A DNA stretch of 63,759 bases, counting the filler, from Gonapodya sp. JEL0774 (taxonomy: Eukaryota), in the NCBI GenBank assembly GCA_027604505.1. It is 32 parts of 32 records of this genome, joined end to end, with 100 filler letters (N's around TTAATTAATTAA, not from the genome) between each part and the next. Parts side by side here need not be neighbours in the genome. Positions count along the whole stretch, not along the records: positions 24,039 to 25,935 come from JADIIX010002475.1; positions 26,036 to 27,932 come from JADIIX010002476.1; positions 28,033 to 29,928 come from JADIIX010002477.1; positions 30,029 to 31,923 come from JADIIX010002478.1; positions 32,024 to 33,918 come from JADIIX010002479.1; positions 34,019 to 35,912 come from JADIIX010002480.1; 26 more parts are not named here. One strand, 5' to 3'. Position numbers and translations under genes: made by a program. The notes under the pieces were generated by a model, which saw only the letters and a list, made by a program, of their open reading frames with translations, did not search any database and had not been told where the DNA came from. Shown piece by piece: positions 24,039 to 36,012 of this stretch. The first letter of the stretch is position 1. The number at the start of each line of letters is the position of its first letter.

Positions 24039-25935
24039 TTACTCCAGTACCCCAACCCAGACCCCACCAACGATCTCGACACAGCCCTGCGCACTGCTCT
24101 CCGACTCCGCGACGCCACCATTCTACAGCGCACTTATCCTGACCTCAAAATCGTAGCGAGTTGTTTGGTGGAACGGTACGGAGTGGGAAAGCCGGCAGCG
24201 GAGGACGTCGGGTGTTTGGTGGTAACGCTGGTATTTTATGTTGGTTTGGTGTTGGTCATGGGGGTCGTGCTGACCCGTGAGTACTGGTCGTCCATCGTAC
24301 TTTTCATCCGTTCTGTTCATCCCGAATCAATCTTCGCCCACCCGCCCCTGTCCCGACACAGGCTTCTTCCTCGCCGTCATCTTCGACTGGTTCATCTCCA
24401 ACCGTCTCGCCCGAGAACCTTCCCACGAAACGCTGACATTGCGTGAAGCCTCCGACGCCAAGAGCCCCGTTCCCCTCCTCCGCGAGATCGGTGGGGCCAT
24501 CGAACTGGGTCCCATCGGCAACGGAACATTCCACGGAAAGAGCCACCACGGTGGCCCCGAGGACAACCCTCTTGAACCGTTCGTGATCATGCTGGTCACT
24601 GCCTATTCCGAAGGCACGGAGTCCCTCGAGAACACGTTCGACAGTATGGCCGCCACTGACTACCACGACGAGCGGAAACTCCTGCTCGTCATTTGTGACG
24701 GTATCGTGCAAGGGAAAGGAAACGCCGCGCCTACGCCGGACTTGGTCCTGGACCTCATGGACCTGGACCCGTCGTTTGGAGAGCCGAAACCATACTCGTA
24801 CATTGCTGTTGCAAATGGTGCGAAGCAGCATAACATGGCAAGGGTGTACGTGGGGTATTATCGCAAGAGGGGAAGGAACGTGCCGACTGTTTTGATTGCG
24901 AAATGTGGCGCACCGGAGGAAGCTGGTGGGGCGAAACCAGGTGAGTCTTCAATCCTGATGTGAACCGCTTCAGACCACGCTATTGACTTGTCGTGCCCGT
25001 CGTCTTACTACAGGTAACCGCGGCAAACGCGACTCCCAGCTCATCCTCATGAACTTTTTCCGTCGCTGCATCCTGGGAGAGCGCATGACCCCGCTCGATT
25101 TCGACATGTTCCGCAAGATCCACCACATCATGCAGATCACCCCGGATAAGTTCGAGATCGTGCTCATGGTGGATGCGGATACCAAGGTACGTTGTCGGGG
25201 GTTGGGGATCAGGCGTGGTCAGATTTATTTTACCACCTCGTGTTCATCATCTTCGCGTATATTTGCGTAGGTTCACACCGACTCACTCAAGCTCATGACC
25301 CGCGCCATGATCAACGACCCGCACATTATGGGTCTCTGTGGAGAAACCAAGATCACAAACAAGACCCAGAGCTGGGTGACGGCGATACAAGGTGGGTACA
25401 AAGATCTCATCCAGTGTGCCTTCGTTTCCAACGGGTGGACACTCCTCACGTTGGTCCTTCATGCCCCCCCATAATCCCCCCCGCCCGCCAGTGTTCGAAT
25501 ACTATATCTCCCACCACCTCGGCAAATCCTTCGAGTCCGTATTCGGTGGTGTGACCTGTCTCCCCGGTTGCTTTTGCATGTACCGTCTCAAGACGTACAA
25601 GGACGGCACCTGGGTGCCCGTCCTGGTGTCCCCCGACATCGTGGACCAGTACTCGACCAACGAGACGGACACGCTACATCAGAAAAACCTGTTGTTGTTG
25701 GGGGAGGATAGGTGGGTGGAGGGGTTGTGGCGCCGAGAGGGATGTGGGTGGGATTGAAGAAACCGTGGTTGTAGGTTCTTGAGTACCCTGATGCTCCGTC
25801 AGTTCCCCAATCGCAAAATGGTGAGTCCTCTTCTATCCTTTCCATGTCTTCCTTGCAAGCTCCTTCCACCTGTTCCCCTCCAACTTCCCCCCTCCAGGTT
25901 TTCGTCCCCAAAGCCGTCTGCAAAACCACCGTCCC
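24039..25935 (+). CDS. Chitin synthase, division 2 (class IV/V/VII-like), internal fragment
   Basis: [77 protein letters not shown]. Confidence 0.97.
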
Positions 25936-26035
25936 NNNNNNNNNNNNNNNNNNNNNNNNNNNNNNNNNNNNNNNNNNNNTTAATTAATTAANNNNNNNNN
26001 NNNNNNNNNNNNNNNNNNNNNNNNNNNNNNNNNNN

Positions 26036-27932
26036 TGACGTGTACATTGACAAGGGGTATTTGGTGTTGATCCAACTCTGAGAGTGAGGACAAGTACAGA
26101 TGCATCCATAACTTAGTTTATGTCACAAAGCGGTCGACATCCTGACAACCATCAGGGTCTCGACGAACACCTTTTTCCATTCACTAAACTCCTTGTTCGT
26201 TAGTGGCACAGTTGCATAAACACTCCCTTTCAGAGGGAGAAAGTCGAACTCCTCCGAATTGGTGGCGTTTTTCAACACACCAGGAAGGTTGGCGACCCAT
26301 TGCTGGAGAGAAATCCCTAGAGCCGCAGTCAAAGTGTTCAAGCTGCTCGCAACATTTGGCGCTACAGCCGGAGCTGCCGTAGAGACCAAGTGATTCACCA
26401 TGTCACTGTATGTCCGCTAAAACCAAATTCAATAAATGGGAGAGACTTGAATCGGAATAATCGGACATCGACTCACATTACGCGCACACGCAAGAGCTAG
26501 AAGGGACTCCGATGCGCATTCTATCAGCTCCGAAGGAAGATTCGCTCGTTGAAACACAGTGGAAAAAAACGCGGCGAACATGCTGTCCAACTCAGAATCC
26601 AGCCATTGCGTAGTAATTTCGCCTGCGACAGGGTTTGCCAAGAGAGTGTTCACAAATATGTTAGAGAATCTTGATCAATGAAGCAGAAACAAGCGTCAAA
26701 GCAATCCCACCACCGAGCAATTCAATATTTCGCTTGAAAGCTGCCAGCGCACTGATCGAATTATATGAGAACTCATTGGCGTCCTGGTTAGAGTTGTCTA
26801 ACCCATACTTTATAACACGAAAAATGGAGGCAAATAGGTCTTTGGGAATCTCTGCCAAACGCTGTGGAAAGAAGGAAACAAGCTCGCAGATGAGATCGAG
26901 CAAGCCAATGCATAAAGCAGGGTACTTGTCGTTTCCGCGTTGCATGAGCACTCTGAATCTAGTCCTCCGGAAACCTCGTTCGGCCATGAACTCACGTCGA
27001 GTAAGTCACGATTGGTTAGTTGGAGAAGCGAGTGAATGCAAGAAAGCACAAGTCGTGGCGCGTCATCAGCGGAGTGAGATAACGTGCTCGGGAACCCTTG
27101 TCGGATCTCCTCTCGGACTGCCGTGAATATTGAAACTGAGGTAGTAAGATATCAGCAAGTCTCCATGAGGTGGATACTCAACCTACAGTTGTTCTCGCAT
27201 TCATTCACTAGGAGGTTACTGAGAATATTCAACAGCATCCCGATGTGCTGCTGCAACTCTTCTTCCTGGGCGGCCTTGAAAGCTTGCTTCTCACCTTAAA
27301 AAATGGCATGAGATATGGTGCTCCAAGAAAGCGAATAGGGTACATACCCATTTTGGCGCGCGAAAATATCGTAACGATTTCATGTATTGAATGGTGAAGA
27401 AGTGCCTTGTCTTTGGCGGACATCAGATCAACTTGCTTTCAAGTGCCCAAGCAAGCGGATCAACAAACCGTGTGTCGACAACAGTGCGAGAAATGCGCAA
27501 AACGCAAGCTCACCTCAAACATTATCACGCTTTCATAGAATTGGAACACACAATCGGTTATTGACGCCTCGGCTTTGTAAAGGTCCAGCAATGCATTGAT
27601 GGTTTGGTAGTTTCGAGAACAAACGGAATATATAAAGGCTCCGTTATTAGAGTCAGATGCAGAGGCAAATCCGCACAGCATCTGGCAGATCAGAATGTGC
27701 TTAAGATGGCATACCGGGGGCGAATATTTTGAATGATCAAGTCTTTGCCCACCATGATTGAGTTTTGTAGTTGCTCCGACACCTGTCCGTGCTGATAGAT
27801 TGATTTAAAGTCAGGTCTTCGCGTGATGCTGTTGAGAGTTGTCTGTAGCGATGGTAATCCTGTCGATGATACTCGTCCGGGGCAGATCACTGCTCATCAA
27901 TGAAGATACCTCTATTGTATCAGCAAGAGCGC
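26036..27932 (-). CDS. XPO4: Exportin-4, C-terminal region
   Basis: KYPALC...ELVSFFPQRLAEIPKDLFASIFRVIKYGL resembles XPO4 (LKFPTLC...FPEKI..LP..LF.SL). Also LIECASESLLALAC and helical HEAT composition. Confidence 0.8.
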
Positions 27933-28032
27933 NNNNNNNNNNNNNNNNNNNNNNNNNNNNNNNNNNNNNNNNNNNNTTAATTAATTAANNNNNNNNNNNN
28001 NNNNNNNNNNNNNNNNNNNNNNNNNNNNNNNN

Positions 28033-29340
28033 GGTACTTTGTCTGTGGCAGGTTGAAGCGTACCCGGCGAGTGAGATGTTAGCAAACCGACAACCTGAGT
28101 ATGATGGGACAAGCAAATTGTCCTACCTTTCGGCCCGGTGATCCTCAGCGAGTGGATCTTGACGGCTTGGTTGAAAGGCACAACTACGATGAGTTGTTCG
28201 TCTGAATCGGACTCCAAGTAGGTGCCATCATCCGCAAACGCTCCGTGAACAGAATGCGTTCGACTTTGGTTGAGGCACTCCAGTTGCGGGAGCTGGATGT
28301 AAGAGGTGAGGTCTGACTGTGACGTAGGAGAAGGGAACCGTACATGGGAAACCCGTAAGCAGTACGAATCAATCGGCTCAAGGTGCAATATGTCGCCTCA
28401 TGTCCAAGCAGACTGAACGTGATTCAAGTCCGTCCTTTCAACTCACATGTCCTGATGGGGGGCCTAAAGCCCCGGCACCATCCGATGCCTCCACAGGGCC
28501 TTGGTACTGTTTTACGAGCTGCTCCAAGCCCGTCGGGTTAGCACCCTTGAGCTCAGCGATCTTGCGATTGGCTTTAAAGAACTGTAGCAATTGCCCATGT
28601 GAAGACAAAGGGGCTTCAGCATACAAAGTATGAACTCCGTAGACAGAGCCGTCGCGCCAACGTACCTGGAAGGTGGGCATAGCTGTGACACCGCATGCCG
28701 CAGCCGTTTCTTGAAGCTCATCGACATCCAGCTGACCAGCGTGGTAATTCATCCGGCAAAGAAGAGAACAGGCGGTGACCATTGGCCAAGGCTCGGCGAC
28801 ACAACTTTCTCCACACCTTTGCAAAGTCCACATGTCGGTACTTTGTAGAGAGCTGAGCTACAAATGGCGCAATGACTTGACAGGGCCCTGAGTGACGGCT
28901 GCGCTCAGCGTTGACACCATTACTCCAAAAGCAACAGTACGATACTAACCACACCCTATTAAGTCCATCGAAGCGGTAGTTTAGGAGGCATACGCTACTA
29001 CACCAAAGAATATCGACAGTTCAAAACAACTGAGCTCACATGTTGCGGTGAAATCCACAACGACCTTTTCGGCGATAGGATTTACATAACAACCACGAAG
29101 ACGCGCCAATCCATCAAGTTTCAGCCGACATATGGCCACAAAACAGAGCGAAGAAGGGGCGGAAGAGTTTCAGTGTTCGGTTGTCATCGCGTAGTCTGTA
29201 ACCGGCGGTTCGTCCGGACTCGACATTGCTCCTTCATAATTTGATGCCAGTTTGAGAATGCCCACCAGTTTCTTGGGGTCTGCTGACGACAATAGAGTCT
29301 TGAACTCCGCGTCCGAGTGAAGGCCTTTGACGAGAGTCAT
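28033..29340 (-). CDS. TXNL1: Thioredoxin-like protein 1 (thioredoxin + PITH domain)
   Basis: VVVDFTAT-W-C-G-P-C (spliced), DVDEL, GVTAMPTF and KGAN, then PITH LECLNQ...YLESDSDEQLI...FNQAVKIHSL. Confidence 0.93.
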
Positions 29341-29499
29341 GGTCGAATGTCGTTGAAATTGATCAATTGAAAGAAGTCGAGAACCATGAACCTTGCGTAA
29401 CCAATTCCCACACAAGACTCGATAGATTTTCGTTTTTTTTTTCCACTTTACAACTAAGTATATAATATGTACACGAGATGGTACTGACCACTCTTATGT

Positions 29500-29928
29500 T
29501 CACGCCAGTCCAGCTAGGGGAACCGCGTCAACATCTGCCCTCCCCAGACTCCCCAGACCCCAGTTCTCCTCCACGGTCTTCAAGAAGCTATAATGATTGT
29601 AAGACGCACCGTCCACTCCAGCTCTGACTTTTGTGCCAATCGCAATGGTGTAAATTGGCGTGGTGACTGGAGAGGTTGTGCCTGGTTCGTCGAACATTAT
29701 AAGAACGAGGGTGTTCGAAGGGAGGCTTGTGAGCGTACTGGGGAGGAATCCTTTGAGCCACCTGTCACCTATTCCCATGCCGAGGTTGTGGCCTGTGAAG
29801 AGAGTTTGCGACGCGAGCGGTGCTTGCAATGAAGAACCGCACTCCAGGACATGCATGTGCACGCACCGTCATTGTACAAGTTTGGAATATAGAACGTTAA
29901 GTTTGGAAAAGTTGAGGGGCTCCTCAAA
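29500..29928 (-). CDS. Phosphoesterase-family acid phosphatase, C-terminus
   Basis: GH...GDRWLKGFL, TLVLIMFDE and YNHYSFLKTVEENWGLGSLGRAD. Confidence 0.85.
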
Positions 29929-30028
29929 NNNNNNNNNNNNNNNNNNNNNNNNNNNNNNNNNNNNNNNNNNNNTTAATTAATTAANNNNNNNNNNNNNNNN
30001 NNNNNNNNNNNNNNNNNNNNNNNNNNNN

Positions 30029-30520
30029 CTTTCAATCCCCGATTGGCATCATCCCATTCTTCCTGTTTCGCCTTAACTTCTGTACTTGCTGATGTTGGTG
30101 GGTCCTCAGTATGTTTGGTCACCCAAGTAACCATGTTCCATGCCCCTGAAATCGCCTGCATCTGCACTCTTGCACTCCCTATCCATACCAGGCAATTGAC
30201 CATTCCATTGAGCTTCCTTGTCACTCTTTTTGCCAGTGTGTTGTACTTTTGTGTGTTGCTCATGGTTGGTTTGATGTGGTGTGAAAGGGGACCCTGATTC
30301 AGTGTCCAATTCCATCAAAATTTTCACCTTCAGAACTCCGGGCTCATAACCTAATGAGCTTTTGTGGGGCTGGGGGCAGTTGCAACGATTCTCTACTATT
30401 CTCAATTGCTCAATCACTGTGCATTCCTGTGGTCACTAGCACAACACTCTCACCCCACACTCCAAGTCCAACTTCTTACTACATAACTCCGCCACCAGCA
30501 GCGCTAGAGAGATTTTCAAG
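30029..30520 (-). mobile_element. Degenerate Ty1/copia LTR retrotransposon: LTR 3' end, PBS and gag start
   Basis: The minus strand reads ...AAAGCTCA TT AGGTTATGAGCCC (PBS at 30340-30352), then a gag-like ORF from 30263: KLNG..NC..W...W..V......P....KQEEWDDANR. The outer LTR boundary was not determined. Confidence 0.8.
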
Positions 30521-32023
30521 TGCCAAAACGTATCTACTCTTCAAAGTGGTTCCAATGCCCCTATCGGTGTCCTTTGATCACTGTCCATTGTTGAGCTATT
30601 TAACATCCAAACTCAACCCATACTTCAATACTGCTGGTATTGGTGTGCTCCCTGTGCCTGTATCCTTCCCCAGCAGAGGCCATGGGTCCATCCAACATGC
30701 TGTTCCACCTCTATTACTGCCCACACCAAATGCTGCTGCAAATCTTACAGTGGCAACTGTCACTGCCAGAACTGATATGCTTCCTGCGCCTGCATCCATT
30801 CCCATGGATGGATCCGGCTTGAGTTTTAAAGCTGATCAGAGGTTGGGGGTCTTCGGCAGGGTCATAGGTTTTTGCATCCTGGCATCAGCAAGGGAGCAAA
30901 GCTGCATACCAGCTGTCCATGTATCAGGCTGTGATTCAGCTGCATTGTGATGCAAGATCTGTACCTTATCCAAATGCACTTGCTTCTCCTCATTGGCCTT
31001 CATGGCTGCTTCCAATTTGGCTTTGGCTTGTTTGACAGCTGTCTGCCTGAGTCTGAACTCATTTGCCTCCACAGCATCAATTATGAGCTAAATTTTAAAA
31101 GTACTTCTGGGTTTGTGTCAGAAGAGACTTGAGTAGGTACTTGTGTCCTTGTGACTCAAGATGCCAGACAAGAAAAGAGATGTATGGTCATTGGAGCAGC
31201 TATACTTTTCACTTGTTGTGTTCTGCAGATTGTGCTTATTGTTTCTGTACAGGATCTGTCATTTGGGCACTGTTTCTCTCCTACAGATGGATGCTCAAGT
31301 ATCTGTCCCCTGATTTTGAGAACAATTTCATCCCCTCAAAATGTGATGAGGCTTTCACTGATGATGGTCACAGGCTAGTTACAGATAGGCAGGAATATGA
31401 TATGGATTGCATAGGCTAACAGTTATACAGAGGAGATGAGGGTACGCGGTGGCTTGTAACACCAACACCCTGGCTAAGCAGCTATGCCACCACTCGTGGA
31501 TTTCAATGCAATGACAGTATGCATGTATTTTGTCTGAGTTTGTCCAAGGCTGGAGGTGTGCATGTGTGGGGAGGGGCAGGGGGGTGGGGGTGGTGGTGGG
31601 AGCTTAGATCTGTGCCCTGAGAATCCACAGATAGGAACTCACATGCAAGAAATCTCAGTAGTCCCATTTACTGTAATACTTCAATTAATTTCCAGTCCAT
31701 CTGCTTTATCTCTCACTAAATCAACCAAATCATCAAGAACCTTGGAAAAAAGACACAGATAAAGCAATGTGACACTTTGCATTGGAAGAAAGCCCACAGA
31801 TTTCTCCATATTCACCTTCATCTGTTTTTGATAAAAGCTTAGATTGAACTCCAGACTGGCAAGTAGCATAAAATAAGACGATAAGAGTTCCTTTTGCCTA
31901 TGATTACAACCTCAGAATTCAAANNNNNNNNNNNNNNNNNNNNNNNNNNNNNNNNNNNNNNNNNNNNTTAATTAATTAANNNNNNNNNNNNNNNNNNNNN
32001 NNNNNNNNNNNNNNNNNNNNNNN

Positions 32024-33918
32024 GACTTGCCCCGCGTACGATTCAACCAACTCTTTGGCGACGTGGCGGCGGAGGCGGATGGGCCCAGTTTGAGCTTCGA
32101 CGGTGCTGGTGGGGGAATGGGAATCGGGATGGGAACGGGTGGACTGGACGTCATGGGACCGCCCGCAGAGAGGGACAGGAGGAACGGAGGGGACGGGGGT
32201 GGAGGTGGGCCGGGGTATGGGTACGGCTACGGGTACGCGGGTGGGTCCGGGTACGGGTACGGGTCCCGCTCGCCTGCCGCGGGTGCGACGGCGTACGGGG
32301 TGTCAGGGTCGGGGTCAGGGTCCCCACCGCAGTACGGACAGCAGTATGGGCAGGCACAGGCACAGGCACAGCAGCACTACAGACAGTCTTCCACGTCCGC
32401 TTCCGCTGCGCACCATGCTGCATCGACGGGACGGGCGACGCCGCAGTATGGGAATTACAACCACAACCACAACCACAACCACGGCAACAACAACAACAAC
32501 GCATACACGAGCCACGCACAGAACCAGCACCAAAGTCAACCTACCCACCACAACAACCACAACCACAACCACACCAACCACCAACAACGACCGTCGGCGG
32601 CCATGTCCACCGACCCGAGACGGCGGTCTACCGATCGGGAGAGGGAGAGGGAACGGGACCGCGAACGAGAGAGGGAGAGGGAGAGGGAGAGGGAGAGAGC
32701 CGAGCAGCCGAGGCGGACCTCGACCTCGACAGACCACCACCACCAGCACCAGCAGCAAGGGAGACGTACCTCCACGTCGACAGACCACACGCACCCGCAA
32801 CCCCAACAACCCGGCCGCACGAGCACGGACCGCAGGCGGTCGTCGTCGGGTATGGCTGGCGGTGCCGGTGCACCTGGTGTCGATACCAGGGACAGGGACG
32901 GGAGGGACGAGAGGGACCGGGACCGACCCGACGCCAACCCGCGCCGCCGCTCCCGATCTACCACACGCACGGCCGACCCAAACGACCCGAACCCGGCGTC
33001 GTTGCCGTGGGAGGTTTCCCCCACACAACCCCCACCCCCTCCACCGCAGCCCCAGCCCCAGCCCGCCCCCCTCCCCCCCCACCTCCTTCCGGCCCCCGCG
33101 CAACCTCCCTCCATCCCGCTGGCCACAGACGGGTCCCAGCAGTTTGGAGTGTACGCCAGACCCGCGGGCCCTCCGCCGTCCTTCATGCAGCAGCAGAAAC
33201 AGGGGATGGGGCAGGGACAGGCGAGAACGTCGCAGTATGTCGACAATGGGGGTGGTGGCGGCGACCGGGACAGGGACCGGGACCGCGACCGGGACCGCGA
33301 CACCACCACCGGAACCAAACGATCCAAACCCCCGCGCCGCACCGTGTCCAAGTTTTTGGCGTCGGACACGTCGCGGATCGACCGGTTGGAAAACGAGATG
33401 CGCAACGTGGAGACGAGTCCGGCGGTGGGCGCGACGCAGTACGGCACCGGCACCGGCACCGGGGCGGGGGGAGGGGCGGTGAAGAGGGCCGGCTCGGCGA
33501 GCAGTTTGGCCGCCGAGGTGCAAGTGAACGTCCGGTACCCCTCCCCATCCCCGGTCCCCGCACCCTCGCCTACACTGGGCCCGTACCAGTTCGCATCGCA
33601 CGCGCAGACGCAGGGGAGGACCGCGTCCCCACAACCGCAACCGCAGCAGCAACAGAGGAGCAGGTCCAATACCCCGACGGCGGGGATGGGCATGGGGATG
33701 CAGGGGAGGTCACCCACGCCGAGCGGGGGGACCGCGGGGGTGGGACGGGAGCAGGCGCAGGTGCAGGCGCAGCAGGGGCAGGCACAGCAGGGTGGTGGAC
33801 AAACACGATCGTCGCCGGCGTTGAGGGGCACGCCGGTGCAAGTGCCTGGGTGGCATGCCCATGCGCGGGGGGCTGGTGGGGCAACGGCGGGGCAGGCGCA
33901 GGCGCAGGGGCAGAGTCA
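32024..33918 (+). CDS. Large intrinsically disordered low-complexity protein (G/Q/H/N/RE/RD repeats), internal exon
   Basis: The frame is open across the whole contig (about 630 codons) and contains coding microsatellites (CACAAC)n, (GAGAGG)n and (GACCGG)n. Confidence 0.65.
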
Positions 33919-34166
33919 NNNNNNNNNNNNNNNNNNNNNNNNNNNNNNNNNNNNNNNNNNNNTTAATTAATTAANNNNNNNNNNNNNNNNNNNNNNNNNN
34001 NNNNNNNNNNNNNNNNNNAATCGTATTCAAAGCAACAACCAGGAAAACGAAGAGCTTTGCAGTAAGCATTCAAGAATAAACTCTCTTGGGATAAGGTGGT
34101 GCAACCTTACAAGTGGAACCGCAAATGGAATGTCCATATTCGTCGAATTTCGTGTAAATCGTTCCT

Positions 34167-35070
34167 TCAGACATAATGGGCCTGTCCAGAGCCTGGCGAC
34201 GGTGAGTATGGTGGAGGTGGATAATATTGGGCGGGATACTGTGGCGGTGGGGGACCTGGAGGTGGAGGATAGTAGATATAGGGCCCGGCTGCCGTTTGCA
34301 CCTGTACGCATGGTCTCGAGGATCAGGCATGTCGAAGTTTACAACCAAAACGCTTGAGTTGACGAACCATCGCATTGGGGCCAGTCATTGGAGCTTGAGG
34401 AATGGAATAGATGTAGTACGCTCCTGTCGGAACCGGAGGTGGGGCCATTACAATGGTTGTTGTCAATGGATTGAGGCCTCGAAGTTGAAGATAGTAGTTG
34501 TGGAATCGACCCTAGGGAATGCACTCCGTCAGTTTGGTCTGCTGGTGTGACCGGATCTTCGAGCACATCCGCATGAGTGACCGACAACAGGAATACTCAC
34601 AGTTCTACGACATACACACACCCAGCACAGAACTATCAAAAATATGAACAAAAAAGAAATGAAACCTCCAACTCCGCCCACAACTCCCATTGCTGCTGTA
34701 GATCCGGGGTTACTGTTATAGTTGACCTGACACAGTCCCGACGTCTGACCAGCCTGACAATACACAGAAGTAAGAGTAGGACAGTAGCTTGTGGTGAATT
34801 GATTGAGGCAGCCACTGTTGGAACAGGTGGCGACGGAGTAGTTGACTGCAATCGCTTTCTGACTCGAGCTACTGGGACAGCCAAGGGAGCTCGAGCAACA
34901 CAAACAGTAACATTGTTGGGCTATTTTATGAGTTCAAGCGCGGGTTGTGATAGCATCTTCGACTGTTTTGCACTTCGGATCTCACCATCAACTATTCCCT
35001 GAGCGACGAGAGCTACTAAAGTGATAAAAAACTTGATCACTAGAGCTCTGGAAATATGCTTGGAATTCAT
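34167..35070 (-). CDS. Single-pass membrane protein: signal peptide, Cys-rich ectodomain, TM, juxtamembrane Cys cluster, Pro/Tyr tail with PPxY
   Basis: MNSKHISRALVIKFFITLVALVAQGIVD|AQQCYCLCC...C...C..C..C..C..C, TM GGFISFLFIFLIVL, CWVCVCRR, tail YYPPPPGPPPPQY...YYPPPPYSPSP...*. Confidence 0.75.
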
Positions 35071-35700
35071 TGGGAGGTTTAGACTTGACTACCCTGCGGA
35101 AATGAAATGCGTCTTCACCAAGATCATCACCGATCGTGTGAATCAACCTCCGATCAGAACTGTGCGCGAAGAAGGCGACAGGACGTGAGATACGCCTATC
35201 ATATAAAAAAAAATATGTCGACCCGTCATAATGAATTGCCATTGGGTTTCTCCCTGTAATTGGGTTAACCTTCAAGATTGATGGGATGCGATCCAACTAT
35301 TGATGCCGCTCCCTTGCTTCCACTCTCAGAGCGGCTCAGCATTGGTTTCGTGTTTTTGTTGATCCTTTTCTGCGAGAAGATCGAGACGGGTTTGAGTCGA
35401 TTCAGAAGACGCAGGTGGTGGGCAAGGGGCTTGAGTCCAAGTGTGGGACAGGATGCGAGTATATTGTGGCGTCTGCTGTTGTTCAAAGGCCTTGGAGAAC
35501 CCCAGGTAAGATTGTGCGGCAGCTTTGAGTTCCATGTCCGAAAAGTTGCGCCATGTTTTAGGAGTTCTTGGACCATGGGGAGCGATGGTCTGATTGTGCG
35601 GAATAAGACAAAGCCATCTTCTGGATGCATTGAGCTATCCAAGCTCACATGTTCACCCTCTGGGTTTACGCCGAGTGTATCTCCACCGTCGGGAATGTCG

Positions 35701-35912
35701 CGCGACTCGCCGCTCCAATCTGTCTCCTGTCTCCTTCATTCATAGCGAACATCAATGGAGACGGAAAAACACTCCGTGCAAACCATCGCATTTATCCCAC
35801 TCTTCCAACGTCAGGTCTCCAAAACACGCAATTTTCCCCCGTTTTCTACAGCTTCGATAAGCTGAACGTCGTGTGTGCTGGACACGAACACGGATGGGGA
35901 GGCGCCACTCAT
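35701..35912. repeat. Near-identical copy of 22040-22258
   Basis: Direct sequence comparison; this copy sits at the end of its contig and the partner sits at the start of another. Confidence 0.95.
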
Positions 35913-36012
35913 NNNNNNNNNNNNNNNNNNNNNNNNNNNNNNNNNNNNNNNNNNNNTTAATTAATTAANNNNNNNNNNNNNNNNNNNNNNNNNNNNNNNN
36001 NNNNNNNNNNNN

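Noticed and set aside
32103..33966. Several long overlapping and antisense ORFs (431-459 aa)
   Set aside because: Expected by-product of GC-rich hexamer repeats that lack stop codons. The translations are not protein-like.
35326..35912. Small gene spanning the duplicated segment
   Set aside because: Plausible splice signals exist on both strands, but neither gives a complete in-frame model. Left uncalled.
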